Source: Fibrobacterales bacterium (lineage in GTDB: Bacteria > Fibrobacterota > Fibrobacteria > Fibrobacterales > JAOPTW01). Taken from it: a stretch of DNA of 64,000 bases. Of this stretch, positions 29,335-39,990 are shown piece after piece. A program made the translations under genes and the position numbers. A model generated the notes under the pieces. That model did not search any database and was not told the origin of the DNA. It worked only from the letters and a program-made list of their open reading frames with translations. The DNA is taken from assembly GCA_051532035.1 (NCBI GenBank), contig JAOPTW010000034.1, positions 1-64,000 of the forward strand. The letters are read 5' to 3'. How positions within the stretch are numbered: the first letter of the stretch is position 1; every line of letters starts with the position of its first letter.

Positions 29335-29835
29335 TTACTGAGGCCCATTTCTTTTACGTTCCATAGAATCCACAACCCCTTTAAAGGTATCGCGGTTTTT
29401 TTGATTCATCTCGGATAAGAGTTTATGACTTTTATAAATAGTGTCCTGAAACCGGTCGAGTTCTGCCTGTTCTTCGGGAACATCTTCAAATTCACCACTC
29501 AAAGGATCCGAGATCACTTTGATATCAAATACCTGATCAAACCCCATACTTAAGAGTACCTGATGTATTGAATCATTTGGAGATAAAATAACGACTCTTT
29601 CTTCAAATTGCACATCGTGAAGCCGGGCAACTTTTGCTATCAACCCTAAGTTGGTCGAGTCTATAAAATCAGCTTCACTGAGGTCAATAGTAATATGGGG
29701 AAGTGGCTTATGACTCAAGGTCTCTTCTAAAAACTGATCAAAGCAAAAGCTCTTAAAGTACTTAAGATCGCCGCGTAATTTTAGTTCAAGAGCATCGTCA
29801 GTACATCGGAATTTATAAAGGTCGCTACCCATCAA
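29335..29835 (-). CDS. STAS-domain anti-sigma-factor antagonist (RssC-like)
   Basis: 'IDLSEADFIDSTNLG', 'LLSMGFDQVF', and a C-terminal 'HKLLSEMNQKN...F..VV' extension. Confidence 0.88.
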   Translation of the reverse strand: MMGSDLYKFRCTDDALELKLRGDLKYFKSFCFDQFLEETLSHKPLPHITIDLSEADFIDSTNLGLIAKVARLHDVQFEERVVILSPNDSIHQVLLSMGFDQVFDIKVISDPLSGEFEDVPEEQAELDRFQDTIYKSHKLLSEMNQKNRDTFKGVVDSMERKRNGPQ

Positions 29836-31111
29836 TCCCTCTCGAAATATGAAGAATTGTTATATCATCAGGTATATCAAGACTCTCAACAATACCAAGA
29901 TCTGCTTTCATCGACTCAATAGTCACATTTGCCCCGTTACACACTTTTAATAATGCCTCCTCTTTAGTGGCAACCTCTTTCATAGGCATTATATCAAGTA
30001 TCCCATCAGAAAAAAGTGTTAAGCTAAAGGAGTCAGGGAGATTCATTGTTTTAGAAATATACTGAGCGCGAGGAAAAAGCCCAATAGCCATTCCTCCCTC
30101 TTTTATCATCTCACACCGCTCACCATCATACACAATGGGATAGGGGTATTGAGCACCAGTGGCATAAGAGAGTTCATTACGTGGCGTATTAATCACCCCA
30201 TAAAAGAGTGTCAAATGTTTATTGAGGTTCTCGGTCATAATCTCACTATTGAGATTAAACAGTACCTCACTTGGATTCAAAATAGCCCTATCACCCTGAC
30301 TGCGATACCGCTCTTGGTACCCATTAATAAAACTTTTTAAAAGTACTGTTATAAATGAACTCGACAATCCGTGCCCAGATACATCTGCAATATAAAAACC
30401 GATGTGATGATTATCAATTTCAAAGTAGTCTACAAAGTCACCACTTAAAAATTGTGAGGGGAGCACTAAATTCGAAAAGTTATACCCCTGAATTTTTTCA
30501 AATGTATTGGGAAGCAGCTTGTTTTGTATACGCATACCTGCTTCAAGGTCTGACTCAAGTATCATTAATGATTCTTGTAGCTTCTCTGTTCGCTCAGCAA
30601 CCTGACGTTCGAGAGAGTTATTCATTTGGGCAATTTTGTGAATGTAATTAAACGAACGGAGTGACGTAGTAATGGTGGTAATCAAAGTAATGGAAGACAT
30701 CTCTGTCTTCTCTTTATAATCATTGATATCATACTCTATAATTACTTGACTCTGAGGTGCATGTCCCGGTTGGCCCGTTCTCAATACTATTCGAATATCA
30801 CTATTTTTTAACGTATTGCGAATAAATTCTACGAGTCTAAGCCCCGCATCATCCTCTTCCATTACAACATCAATAATTGCAACGGCAAAATCTATATCAC
30901 CCTGTAAAATTTCTTCCGCCTCTCTTCGAGAATAAGCCTTTACAAGATTGAGTCGTTTATTTTCAAAAGAGTAGGTTTTTAAAACAAGCGCTGTGACTTT
31001 ATGCACTTCTGCATCATCATCCACAACCAAAATATTCCAGACAGAATCATTAGAATCCCCAACATTCTCTTCATCTTCAAAAAACTCGATTAATTCATTT
31101 TCGGAGTTCAT
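29825..31111 (-). CDS. Response regulator with PP2C/SpoIIE phosphatase domain (Pseudomonas RssB-like)
   Basis: REC domain; 'IQNKLLP', 'LSGDFVDY', 'IADVSGHG', 'FSDGILD', 'DDITIL'. Confidence 0.92.
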   Translation of the reverse strand: MNSENELIEFFEDEENVGDSNDSVWNILVVDDDAEVHKVTALVLKTYSFENKRLNLVKAYSRREAEEILQGDIDFAVAIIDVVMEEDDAGLRLVEFIRNTLKNSDIRIVLRTGQPGHAPQSQVIIEYDINDYKEKTEMSSITLITTITTSLRSFNYIHKIAQMNNSLERQVAERTEKLQESLMILESDLEAGMRIQNKLLPNTFEKIQGYNFSNLVLPSQFLSGDFVDYFEIDNHHIGFYIADVSGHGLSSSFITVLLKSFINGYQERYRSQGDRAILNPSEVLFNLNSEIMTENLNKHLTLFYGVINTPRNELSYATGAQYPYPIVYDGERCEMIKEGGMAIGLFPRAQYISKTMNLPDSFSLTLFSDGILDIMPMKEVATKEEALLKVCNGANVTIESMKADLGIVESLDIPDDITILHISRGIDG

Positions 31112-31219
31112 TTGCCCGTCACACAGTTCCTGATCATTATTAACAGTATAGCACTTTACGCTTCAACATTCTAGATATTATCAAATTTTTAATCGATTCA
31201 AGATATTTTAATCGGCCAC

Positions 31220-32311
31220 TCAACATACACCTTGAACAGATGAATAATCAGTGTTTTTAGGAAAAGTGAGAAGAAACCGGGCTCCACCACCGTCATTTTC
31301 TTCAACATCAATACTCCCCCCGTGGGCCTCCATGACATATTTCGAAATTGCCAAGCTTAACCCTTGCCCTTTATTATGGTGCATGATATCACTAATTGAA
31401 AACTCATCAAAAATAGCCGCCCTGTGTTTATGGGCAACCCCTTCACCACCATCGGCAACAGAAACGGTTACAACATTATCTACATCGGTAATATCAACCT
31501 CAACGGCCCCACCTATGGGTGAAAATTTAATTGCATTTTGGAGAAGGTACCCTAATACTTTTTGCAAATAGCTCCAATCTACGTCCAGTAATACGGGTTC
31601 CGAAGCGTTATTAATCAGCACCACATTTTTTGCTTCAGCAACGGGCTTAAACTCTTCTACCACTTGGTCAACTCTGGAATGCAGTAGAATTGAAGAACGT
31701 TGAATAGAGCGTTCAGATTTTATTTCGCAAATAAGTTTTGTTTTTTCTGCAAATTCTAACAATTGATACCCACAATCTACCATTAGACGAATATTGCCTC
31801 GATGCACCTCGGGAATCTCTTGTTCATCTACAAGCATATTACCAATGCCAATTATACCATTCAGTGGTGTGCGCGTTTCATGACTAAACAATTTAAGGAG
31901 GTCACCTTTTATAGCATCAACTTCTTCGGTGCGTTTTAGTTTAATAAAAACCTTGACCTTCGCTATGAGCTCTTCGTCAATAAATGGCTTTGTAATGTAA
32001 TCATCCGCCCCCACTTTATAGCCATGAAGCCGCTCATCAATCATAGATTTACCCGAAACCAATATCACTTTAGTAAATGCATAATCAGGATTTTTTCTAA
32101 TGGTACTACACACCTCATATCCATCAATACCAGGCATCATAATATCAAGCAGAACCAGATCCGGTCCAAAATCCGGCATCATCTCCAATGCCTCATCGCC
32201 ATTTGTCGCAACCGCTAGCTCGTATGATTCCTCTAAAATTTCTTCAAAGATCCCAACATTTATGGGGTCATCATCAACAATAAGAATTTTATTCCCGGCT
32301 ACCATTGTCAT
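31220..32311 (-). CDS. Hybrid response regulator/histidine kinase (REC-HisKA-HATPase)
   Basis: 'ILIVDDD...LLDIMMP...DYITKPF'; 'SHETRTPL'; 'NAIKFS'; atypical G2 box 'GQGLSL'. Confidence 0.93.
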   Translation of the reverse strand: MTMVAGNKILIVDDDPINVGIFEEILEESYELAVATNGDEALEMMPDFGPDLVLLDIMMPGIDGYEVCSTIRKNPDYAFTKVILVSGKSMIDERLHGYKVGADDYITKPFIDEELIAKVKVFIKLKRTEEVDAIKGDLLKLFSHETRTPLNGIIGIGNMLVDEQEIPEVHRGNIRLMVDCGYQLLEFAEKTKLICEIKSERSIQRSSILLHSRVDQVVEEFKPVAEAKNVVLINNASEPVLLDVDWSYLQKVLGYLLQNAIKFSPIGGAVEVDITDVDNVVTVSVADGGEGVAHKHRAAIFDEFSISDIMHHNKGQGLSLAISKYVMEAHGGSIDVEENDGGGARFLLTFPKNTDYSSVQGVC

Positions 32312-32583
32312 TTCCCTCGTGCTTTGCCATCGTCACTATTGAGAAGTCAAACAAAAGACATCTCTTCTCATTAAACTCAAGCAATCCTTTTTTAGAGACT
32401 TATGCTCTTTCAAATATGCATCTAATAATTTCCTAGAACTTATCATACCAATCTTAAAGACAAATGAGCATAAATTAATATAATAAGATAACGAATGTAA
32501 GCAATATTATTTTGATATATTTTTGGTATTTAGTAAACTTGGGTTAGTATCACCCCATTTATCCATTTTTTTCGGGAGTATAC

Positions 32584-32618
32584 ATATAAAAAGGTCCATA
32601 CTATGAACCTTTTTATAT
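32584..32618 (-). terminator. Rho-independent terminator downstream of the second TIGR02147 gene
   Basis: ATATAAAAAGGTCCATA-C-TATGAACCTTTTTATAT inverted repeat with A/T tails. Confidence 0.75.
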
Positions 32619-32657
32619 TAAACACGAGAGAAAAAGAGTACGACGTACTCAATTCAT

Positions 32658-33479
32658 TTATTTCTGTTTTGTAAGCGGGAATAACTGTACATTCATCTGA
32701 TATACTTGATCAGCTGCTTTGTCATCAAAAGCTATCTTCGCGAGCCTTTTACGATACTCAGCAGTCTCCTCTTTAACCTTATCCATGCTCTCTGCAGAGA
32801 GCGTAAGGGTCATAGTAGACACATCTCGTTCATCGGATTGAAATTTGTTTAATGCGCGTTTCGCCAACTCCATTGTAACAATTTGAAAATTCGCCAGCTG
32901 CATAGAACCAACATCACCGGTATCAGCAGAGAGTGACTCCTCTTTTTGCTTAAGGAAGCCCTCTTCATCATATTCGATAAGGTCAAGCGCCAACAAGTCT
33001 TTAACCGCTTTCTCTGCCTGAGCAGCTGTTATAGAAGGCTCCATAATCTTAGCGAGCAGACGATAGTCATCTTTTACCTCTAAGAAATAGAGTGCTTCTC
33101 GAATCGCGACATAATACCACCGAGAGAATAGATTATACTCCCTCTTTTGAAGGTACTTTGTAGAAACTCCCTGAAGGGTGAGTAACCGATTATAAAATTC
33201 GTTCTTTTCATCAAGGGTTTTCGCTTGATTAAACAGCACCAATGTTTCGAAATATCGCGTTTCCGCTTTCTTCAATTTGAAAATCTTTGCCATTTTCAAA
33301 ACATGTGTTGGAGTGAGATTCTTCTTACCAGAAATTACATTTGCAATAAAACCGGTGGAAGATATTTTCATCTGTTTAAGAAGAAACCTTTGAGAAAAAG
33401 ATTTGTCTTCTTTTTTCAGATCTACAGAATGATCTTTAATGAATACTCGATAATCAGTATAAGTATATATGTCTGCCAT
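32658..33479 (-). CDS. TIGR02147-family protein
   Basis: 'IYTYTDYRVFI', 'FSQR', 'YFETLVLFNQAK', 'WYYVAIRE', 'RDVSTMT', 'VYQMNVQLFPL'. The start could be at 33494. Confidence 0.92.
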   Translation of the reverse strand: MADIYTYTDYRVFIKDHSVDLKKEDKSFSQRFLLKQMKISSTGFIANVISGKKNLTPTHVLKMAKIFKLKKAETRYFETLVLFNQAKTLDEKNEFYNRLLTLQGVSTKYLQKREYNLFSRWYYVAIREALYFLEVKDDYRLLAKIMEPSITAAQAEKAVKDLLALDLIEYDEEGFLKQKEESLSADTGDVGSMQLANFQIVTMELAKRALNKFQSDERDVSTMTLTLSAESMDKVKEETAEYRKRLAKIAFDDKAADQVYQMNVQLFPLTKQK

Positions 33480-33745
33480 GTGCCTGTCTGCCATTATGAT
33501 TGTCCCTAAGAGCACCTCTTAATACTCAAAAAAACAATTCGTTATTTTAAATGAATCTCCCATAACATAGAGTTTATTTTGATAAAGTCAAACAGAAAAC
33601 GGGGAAATTTCCATATTTGTATGCTTTTCCGCTCTATATCTAAAAAAACATCACTTTTGGTCATTTTTAACCCTAAAATAACCCAACATACAGTTGAGTT
33701 ATTAGTGGTGACTACAAAGTCAGGGGAAGCAAAAAGGTCTAATAA

Positions 33746-35320
33746 TTAGACCACTAAGAATGTAGGGATATATACACAAAACTCCGTCCCTTGATCAAGT
33801 ACTGAATCAACGGTTATCACCCCATTTAAACTCGTCACAATTCCATGGACTACCGAGAGCCCCATCCCCGTTCCTTCATTGATGGGTTTAGTGGTATAAA
33901 ATGGCTCAAATATATGACTCATAACAGATTCCGGTATCCCCTCTCCAGTATCCGAGACGGTTAATTTAACATACTCTCCAGGAGTTCCGCCATGCCGCTC
34001 TACAAAGGAGACATCAACAAAAACACTTTTTAATACTACCTCAATAACTCCCCCCGCTTTTGACAAGGCATACACGGCATTAGTCAACAAATTAAGGGTT
34101 ACCTGCTGGAGAATACTGGAATTTGCCTTTACCATCATTAAAGAGCTCTCAAAGCTTGTTTTGATGGTAACCCATTGAGACAAGCCCGACTCTATTATGA
34201 CAATTGATCCGGTTACTACCGGCACAAAGTCTATATCTTTAACTGTTTCTTCAGTTTTTCGACTAAAATCGAGAATTTGTTGAATTATTTCTTTAGCTCG
34301 CTCACCGGCTATTTGAGCCCGGTGTAATTTTTTTTGAATACCAGGATTCTCTTTTGTCTCTTGCTGAACCATGGTAATATTAAGCATCATAGCATAGAGA
34401 ATATTATTAAAGTCATGGGCAATCCCCCCTGCCAAGGTCCCAATCGCTTCCTTTTTAAGAGCCTGTCTTAGATGCGCCTCCATCACTTTTTCGTGACTAA
34501 TATCACGACTTATGCTCACCATTTTACTCAAATTTTCATCACTATCTTTTAACCCGGAAAGCGTACGTCGTTCAGTATAATAGTCACCATTTTTCTTTTT
34601 ATTAACCAATTCTCCAGACCATTCACTCCCAGTGGTGAGCACCTCTTTAATTACAGGTGTTAAATCACTGTTTTTGTCAATATCAAAAAAGCCATAGGCT
34701 CGTTTACCTACAAGCTCACCAGAAGAATACCCGGTTATAGATTCAAATGCTCGATTAACGTACTCAAAAGTCCCGTGAAGATCCGTAACACTTACCCCTT
34801 CAGAGAGTTGCTCAACAATGGCCGCCAACTCCTCATTTTTCTTTTGAACCTTAACCCTCTCTTCAATCTCTTGGGTGAGTTCACGAGTACGTTCTTCAAC
34901 CATCGCCTCTAAATTACTATGGTATCTATTGAGAGCCTCGGCATTTTCACGCATTTTTATAGAACGCTCAACCAACACGGGTATCGTGGTTAAATAGTTA
35001 CCCGCAACATCCTTTGTGATATAATCATACGCTCCCGCCTTCATTGCACGAACCGCAACCTCTTCATCACCCAAACTTGTGACAATGATAACGGGAATCT
35101 CTGTACAATAACCTATGACATCAAAGGCGGTTCCATCGCCCAAAAGATAGTCCGCAATGACCAAATCATAGGTATCGGTTGTGATTTTATAAAGCGCTTC
35201 TTTACAGTTCGACACCATATCAAAATCAAAGCTGAATTGACGTTTGACTGCCGCACGCTTAAAGGCCATCTGATCCATAGCATCATCTTCAACATAAAGT
35301 ACTCGATATTTTTCAGACAT
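33746..35320 (-). CDS. Hybrid REC-PAS-histidine kinase
   Basis: REC 'VLYVEDD...ADYLL...AMKAGAYDYITK'; PAS; 'AGGIAHDFNNIL'; 'FEPFYTTK...GTGMGL'. Confidence 0.95.
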   Translation of the reverse strand: MSEKYRVLYVEDDAMDQMAFKRAAVKRQFSFDFDMVSNCKEALYKITTDTYDLVIADYLLGDGTAFDVIGYCTEIPVIIVTSLGDEEVAVRAMKAGAYDYITKDVAGNYLTTIPVLVERSIKMRENAEALNRYHSNLEAMVEERTRELTQEIEERVKVQKKNEELAAIVEQLSEGVSVTDLHGTFEYVNRAFESITGYSSGELVGKRAYGFFDIDKNSDLTPVIKEVLTTGSEWSGELVNKKKNGDYYTERRTLSGLKDSDENLSKMVSISRDISHEKVMEAHLRQALKKEAIGTLAGGIAHDFNNILYAMMLNITMVQQETKENPGIQKKLHRAQIAGERAKEIIQQILDFSRKTEETVKDIDFVPVVTGSIVIIESGLSQWVTIKTSFESSLMMVKANSSILQQVTLNLLTNAVYALSKAGGVIEVVLKSVFVDVSFVERHGGTPGEYVKLTVSDTGEGIPESVMSHIFEPFYTTKPINEGTGMGLSVVHGIVTSLNGVITVDSVLDQGTEFCVYIPTFLVV

Positions 35321-36386
35321 CCACACCACACTGCACTACAGATTTTTTAAAATCGAGTATAAAACATGAACCCTTATTCAGTTCAGATGTTACGGAGACA
35401 CTCCCCTCATAACGGTGCATCAATTTTTTTACAATTGCGAGCCCGACCCCACTACTTTCATTATGTGACGCAACCGTTGTAAACATCTTAAAAATTTCTT
35501 CGTGGTGCTCTTTAGGTATCCCTGGACCGGTATCACTCACAATAAAACGTTCATACTGTTTCCCTCCTTGATACTCAATAGTCACCACTCCAAGTCCACC
35601 CGCAGGCGTAACCATATACTTTTCGGCATTTGAGATGATGTTTTGAAACAACTGAACCAGGTGGGTTTTATTGGCCAATAAGAGGGGAAACTCATTTTTT
35701 TTGATGAGTCGAATTTTTGATGACGTCGAAAAAAGCGCATGTAATTCATCGTACACAGAATTCATATCAACTTCTGAGCGTTTATTCTCTTTACCAGCCC
35801 TCGAATAGAGTAATACACCATCGATAAGCCGATTCATTTGTTCAACCCTTCCACAGAGCATCCCCATTTGTTCACGACCATCATCATCAAAAAGGTGTCC
35901 ATAATCATCAATAATCCAACTACTCAGTTGATATATTGCACGAAGAGGGGTCTTAAGATCATGAGAAACAACATAGGCAAAATCATTCAGGTCACTATTT
36001 ATTTTTTCGAGTTGAGCAGCACGTTCAAATACTTTTTTTTCAAGAGACTTTTTTGTAACTTCACTCTTTCTCAGAGTTACTACAAACCCCGCCTCCTCTT
36101 CAAACAATTGTGCCGAGACTTCCAAGGCAATGGCGTCTGAGGTAGATACTTTTGGATAACACGTAATAGGCTCCCCGAGAGCCATTGCCAATTGACTGAG
36201 CACCGTATTACCCTCACAATCCACAATGAGGGCATCAAAAAGCCGTTCTTCTCCGAGGCCACCGAGAAGCTTCTGAGCGCAGGGATTGGCATAAAGCACC
36301 ACTCCATCCGCCCCCACTCCTACCAGACCCACATCAGCATAAGCCACCATCTGCTTAAAGAGCTCATTTTCTTGTTTATTCACCAT
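35313..36386 (-). CDS. Cytoplasmic PAS-like sensor histidine kinase
   Basis: 'FAYVVSHDLKTPL', 'QLFQNIISNAEKY', 'DTGPG', 'SGVGLAIV'. The stop overlaps the next gene. Confidence 0.93.
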   Translation of the reverse strand: MVNKQENELFKQMVAYADVGLVGVGADGVVLYANPCAQKLLGGLGEERLFDALIVDCEGNTVLSQLAMALGEPITCYPKVSTSDAIALEVSAQLFEEEAGFVVTLRKSEVTKKSLEKKVFERAAQLEKINSDLNDFAYVVSHDLKTPLRAIYQLSSWIIDDYGHLFDDDGREQMGMLCGRVEQMNRLIDGVLLYSRAGKENKRSEVDMNSVYDELHALFSTSSKIRLIKKNEFPLLLANKTHLVQLFQNIISNAEKYMVTPAGGLGVVTIEYQGGKQYERFIVSDTGPGIPKEHHEEIFKMFTTVASHNESSGVGLAIVKKLMHRYEGSVSVTSELNKGSCFILDFKKSVVQCGVDV

Positions 36387-36530
36387 TTCACCCACATTTA
36401 ACCATTAAAATAATATTTTCTCAATGATCCGATTTGCCAATATTCATCCCCAAAAGCTAATATACTATTTATCGAATTAGAGGTGTGATCAAACCCACAA
36501 TCAACTCAATTTTTGCTATTTTTAAAAGTT

Positions 36531-37709
36531 ATGATACTACATGGCAAAAAGATTCTTCTCGGAGTAACAGGCGGTATTGCAGCTTATAAGTCCTGCCTTA
36601 TTTTACGAGAATTCCAAAAACTGGGTGCAGAGATTAGAGTGGTTATGACCGAAGCCGGAAATAAAATGGTGGGCTTTGAAACCTTTCAGGCTCTCACCAA
36701 ACATCCTGTCTATATTGACACCTTTTCGGACCACCCCAAATCATTTTTTCAACATATCGACATTGCTAAATGGGCTGACATATATCTCATTGCCCCCTGC
36801 ACAGCAAATACCATTGCAAATATTGCCCATGGTAACGGTTCAGACAGTGTTTCCCTCAGCTACCTTTCGACGAGTTGTCCAAAAGTGATTGCCCCCGCAA
36901 TGAACTCTGATATGTTTGCGCAGCAGGTGGTTCAAGACAATCTCAAAAAACTTGAAGAGTATGGTGCTACCATTATTGACCCTGAATATGGGCGTATGGC
37001 CTGTGGTGATCTCGGTCCTGGCCGACTTCCGGCATTAGAGACGATTATTGACGCCACCATTGACCTCCTCCTCCCTCCCCCAACAAAGGGGCAGGTCCTC
37101 ATCACTGCAGGACGCACTGAAGAAGCCATAGATACTGTTCGCTACATTAGTAATAAGAGCAGTGGAAAAACTGCTGTTGCAATCGCAGAGGCGTTTCGTG
37201 CAGCGGGCTATGCCGTTACCGTAGTTAACGGACCCATGGAAGCGCGCCTTCCTGTATATATAGATTCTATCTCCGTGAGAACTGCCCAAGAAATGTTCGA
37301 AGCTACTACCTCATTTGACGCTGACATTTATATTATGGCAGCAGCAGTCGCAGATTTTCGAGTGACCTCTCCAAGTGATCAAAAAATCAAAGGAAGTAGT
37401 GAGCTTACTGAGTTGAGCTTAGTACGTAATCCCGATATCCTTGCCCATGTAGCTGAACACCGTACAGAGGAGCAAAAGGTTATTGGATTTGCTCTCGAAA
37501 CTGAGAACCCCATCAAGTATGCTTGCACAAAATTAGCCTCTAAAAAATGCGATGCAATTTTTGTAAATACCCCAATCAAACATGATTCAGGCATTGGATT
37601 TGATTCGGCAGAAGGGGCATTAATTACCCCTCAATCTACCCCTGATACACTCACACTTATGAGCAAATCAGCTATTGCTCAAACCTTGGTGGAGTTTTGT
37701 AATGGATGA
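36531..37709 (+). CDS. coaBC: Bifunctional phosphopantothenoylcysteine decarboxylase/synthetase
   Basis: 'LGVTGGIAAYK', 'APCTANTI', 'APAMN', 'MACGDLGPGR', 'LITAG.T.E.ID.VRYISNKSSGK', 'AAAVADF', 'IGFALET'. Confidence 0.97.
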   Translation: MILHGKKILLGVTGGIAAYKSCLILREFQKLGAEIRVVMTEAGNKMVGFETFQALTKHPVYIDTFSDHPKSFFQHIDIAKWADIYLIAPCTANTIANIAHGNGSDSVSLSYLSTSCPKVIAPAMNSDMFAQQVVQDNLKKLEEYGATIIDPEYGRMACGDLGPGRLPALETIIDATIDLLLPPPTKGQVLITAGRTEEAIDTVRYISNKSSGKTAVAIAEAFRAAGYAVTVVNGPMEARLPVYIDSISVRTAQEMFEATTSFDADIYIMAAAVADFRVTSPSDQKIKGSSELTELSLVRNPDILAHVAEHRTEEQKVIGFALETENPIKYACTKLASKKCDAIFVNTPIKHDSGIGFDSAEGALITPQSTPDTLTLMSKSAIAQTLVEFCNG

Positions 37710-38583
37710 ATTAACCCTTCAAGATATTAACGCCTATCTCACTCTTGAAGCTGAGCTCTCTTGTGATGAACTGATCTTTGACGAACCATTTTTACTCAAG
37801 GAGATTACACCACTCCAAGGGGCTGCGCCGTCTGCACAAAGTGAAACGCCTTCAGTAGCAACACCACAAGGGCAGAGCGTTCCTCAAGAGTCGATTTCTG
37901 AAAAGCCACTTCACTATGAAGTGCCCTCTGCAAATATCGATGCAGGCCCTGCAAAGATTGAAACTAAAATTGAAGCCCCACCATCCGCAGACCTTTTTGC
38001 TAAAGCCCCCGGTTGGAAACCATCTCGTAACCAATATGACACGAGCTCGTTTGGGCAAGCGACCGACATAAAAGCATTTAATCAACAGTCCTGGGAACAC
38101 CCATATTATAAATCTGGTAATGGTCACTCTCACCTACTCTTTGGACATGGACCGCACCAATGCAGAGTGCTCCTTGTTACCACATGGCCATTTCAAGAGG
38201 ATATCGATCTAAAGGCACCATTTACTGGTCAAGATGGCGAACTTCTCTCAAAAATGTTACACTTTATTCACGTTGAATTTAATATGTGTTACACAACTTT
38301 TTTAAAGAAGATGCCTCACAAAGGGAGTTTCAAAGCTCGAGAACTCAGCTTTTTAAGAAAGTTACTCATACAAGAGATTGCATTGATTAAACCGGACTAT
38401 ATTTTAATACTCGGCAACAAGTGTGGACAGTTAATTCTTGAAACTGATACCCCATTCCAACAACAGGGAACCACCTTTGCTGAGAGACCTACCTACATTA
38501 CCTATCACCCACGAGAACTGAGTGATACTGATAAAAAACGAGAAGCAATGACCCACTTAACCGCATTAGCACAGAACTTTTAA
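37702..38583 (+). CDS. Uracil-DNA-glycosylase (family 4)-like protein, divergent
   Basis: 'LFGHG', 'ED....PFTGQDGELLSKML', 'EIALIKPDYILILG', 'TYHP'. The catalytic GExPG motif and Fe-S cysteines are not evident. Confidence 0.7.
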   Translation: MDELTLQDINAYLTLEAELSCDELIFDEPFLLKEITPLQGAAPSAQSETPSVATPQGQSVPQESISEKPLHYEVPSANIDAGPAKIETKIEAPPSADLFAKAPGWKPSRNQYDTSSFGQATDIKAFNQQSWEHPYYKSGNGHSHLLFGHGPHQCRVLLVTTWPFQEDIDLKAPFTGQDGELLSKMLHFIHVEFNMCYTTFLKKMPHKGSFKARELSFLRKLLIQEIALIKPDYILILGNKCGQLILETDTPFQQQGTTFAERPTYITYHPRELSDTDKKREAMTHLTALAQNF

Positions 38584-38586
38584 ATT

Positions 38587-39990
38587 ATGGAATTTACGAA
38601 AAAGGAATATTCGAAAAACGAAAAAAGTACCAGTGTAAACTATGGTGGGAAAATACCTCCACAGGTTTTAAGTGCCGAAGAACACTTACTTGGTGCCCTT
38701 CTTCAAGATACCAATGCCTTCCCTCTCTGTATTGATGTCCATATTCAAGCAAGCGATTTCTATCTCGAGAAAAATGGGGCTATTTTTGATGTCCTTGAGC
38801 GACTCTATAATGAGAGCCAACCTGTCGATATTATTTTCGTCGAAGAAGGCCTAAAAAAAGATGGCACATTAGAACTTGTTGGCGGAAAAGACTATCTCTT
38901 TGAACTGGTGACAAAAGTTGCAACATCTGCAAATGTCGGCTACCATTCAGAGCTCATTAAAGAAAAAGCGCAACTCAGAAAAATGATCGGCAGTTCAAAC
39001 AAGATCATTACCATGGCCATGGAAGAGGGCGCAGATACAAACGAGGTTATTCAAGAGGCGGAAAAAGATATTTTTGCCCTCGCAGAACAACGCATTACAG
39101 GCGGCTTAACCCCTGTAAAGGCGATTCTCAATGCAACCCTCGAAATGATTGACAAATATAAATCTGATGAGATTACGGGTGTTCCTTCGGGATTTGACGA
39201 TCTCGACAAAATAACTAATGGGCTCCAACCAACTGACTTTATCGTAATGGCTGCCCGTCCTGGTATGGGTAAAACGTCATTTGCCCTGTCTATTCTAGCA
39301 AATTCATCAGTAACCTATGGAAAGTCCGTTGCCTTCTTCACCTTGGAAATGGGCTGTGAACAGTTAGTTCAGCGTCTTCTCTGTCTTAAGGGGCAGATTG
39401 ATATGCATTTGCTCCGTACTGGCCGGCTCCCTGCCTCTGAGCACAAAAAAATACCTATTACTGCCCAAATGCTTTCTGAGTCTCCCATCTATATTGATGA
39501 ACAGAATGGTCTTACCATTGTCGACCTTAAGTCTAAATGTCGTATTCTCAAGAAACAACATGGGCTCGATATGATTATCATTGACTATTTACAGCTCATG
39601 TCTGGCCTCAAAAGTGCCAATAACCGTCAGGAAGAGATCTCTCAAATTTCTCGGGGGCTCAAAGAACTCGCTAAAGAACTGAAAGTACCGATTGTTGCTC
39701 TTGCACAGTTGAGTCGTGATGTCGAAAAACGTGGCCCCGGAGCAAAACCACAACTCTCTGACCTTCGTGAGTCTGGTGCGATAGAGCAAGATGCCGACAT
39801 GATTTGGTTCATAAATCGACCCAATTACTACGATAAAGAGTTTGACCCAACCTTTGCAGAGCTCATTATAGCAAAACACCGTAATGGACCAACTGATACC
39901 ATTAAACTCACCTGGATTGGATCACATACTGGCTTCTATAACTACGCACCACCTGCAGATCAGGGGTATCAAGAGTACGAGGAATTTTAA
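38587..39990 (+). CDS. dnaB: Replicative DNA helicase
   Basis: 'AARPGMGKT', 'IDYLQL', 'QEISQISRGLK', 'AQLSR', 'SDLRESGAIEQDAD', 'IAKHRNGPT'. No intein. Confidence 0.98.
   Translation: MEFTKKEYSKNEKSTSVNYGGKIPPQVLSAEEHLLGALLQDTNAFPLCIDVHIQASDFYLEKNGAIFDVLERLYNESQPVDIIFVEEGLKKDGTLELVGGKDYLFELVTKVATSANVGYHSELIKEKAQLRKMIGSSNKIITMAMEEGADTNEVIQEAEKDIFALAEQRITGGLTPVKAILNATLEMIDKYKSDEITGVPSGFDDLDKITNGLQPTDFIVMAARPGMGKTSFALSILANSSVTYGKSVAFFTLEMGCEQLVQRLLCLKGQIDMHLLRTGRLPASEHKKIPITAQMLSESPIYIDEQNGLTIVDLKSKCRILKKQHGLDMIIIDYLQLMSGLKSANNRQEEISQISRGLKELAKELKVPIVALAQLSRDVEKRGPGAKPQLSDLRESGAIEQDADMIWFINRPNYYDKEFDPTFAELIIAKHRNGPTDTIKLTWIGSHTGFYNYAPPADQGYQEYEEF

Noticed and set aside
38587..39990. Intein in dnaB
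   Set aside because: The length (467 aa) is normal and the motifs are contiguous.
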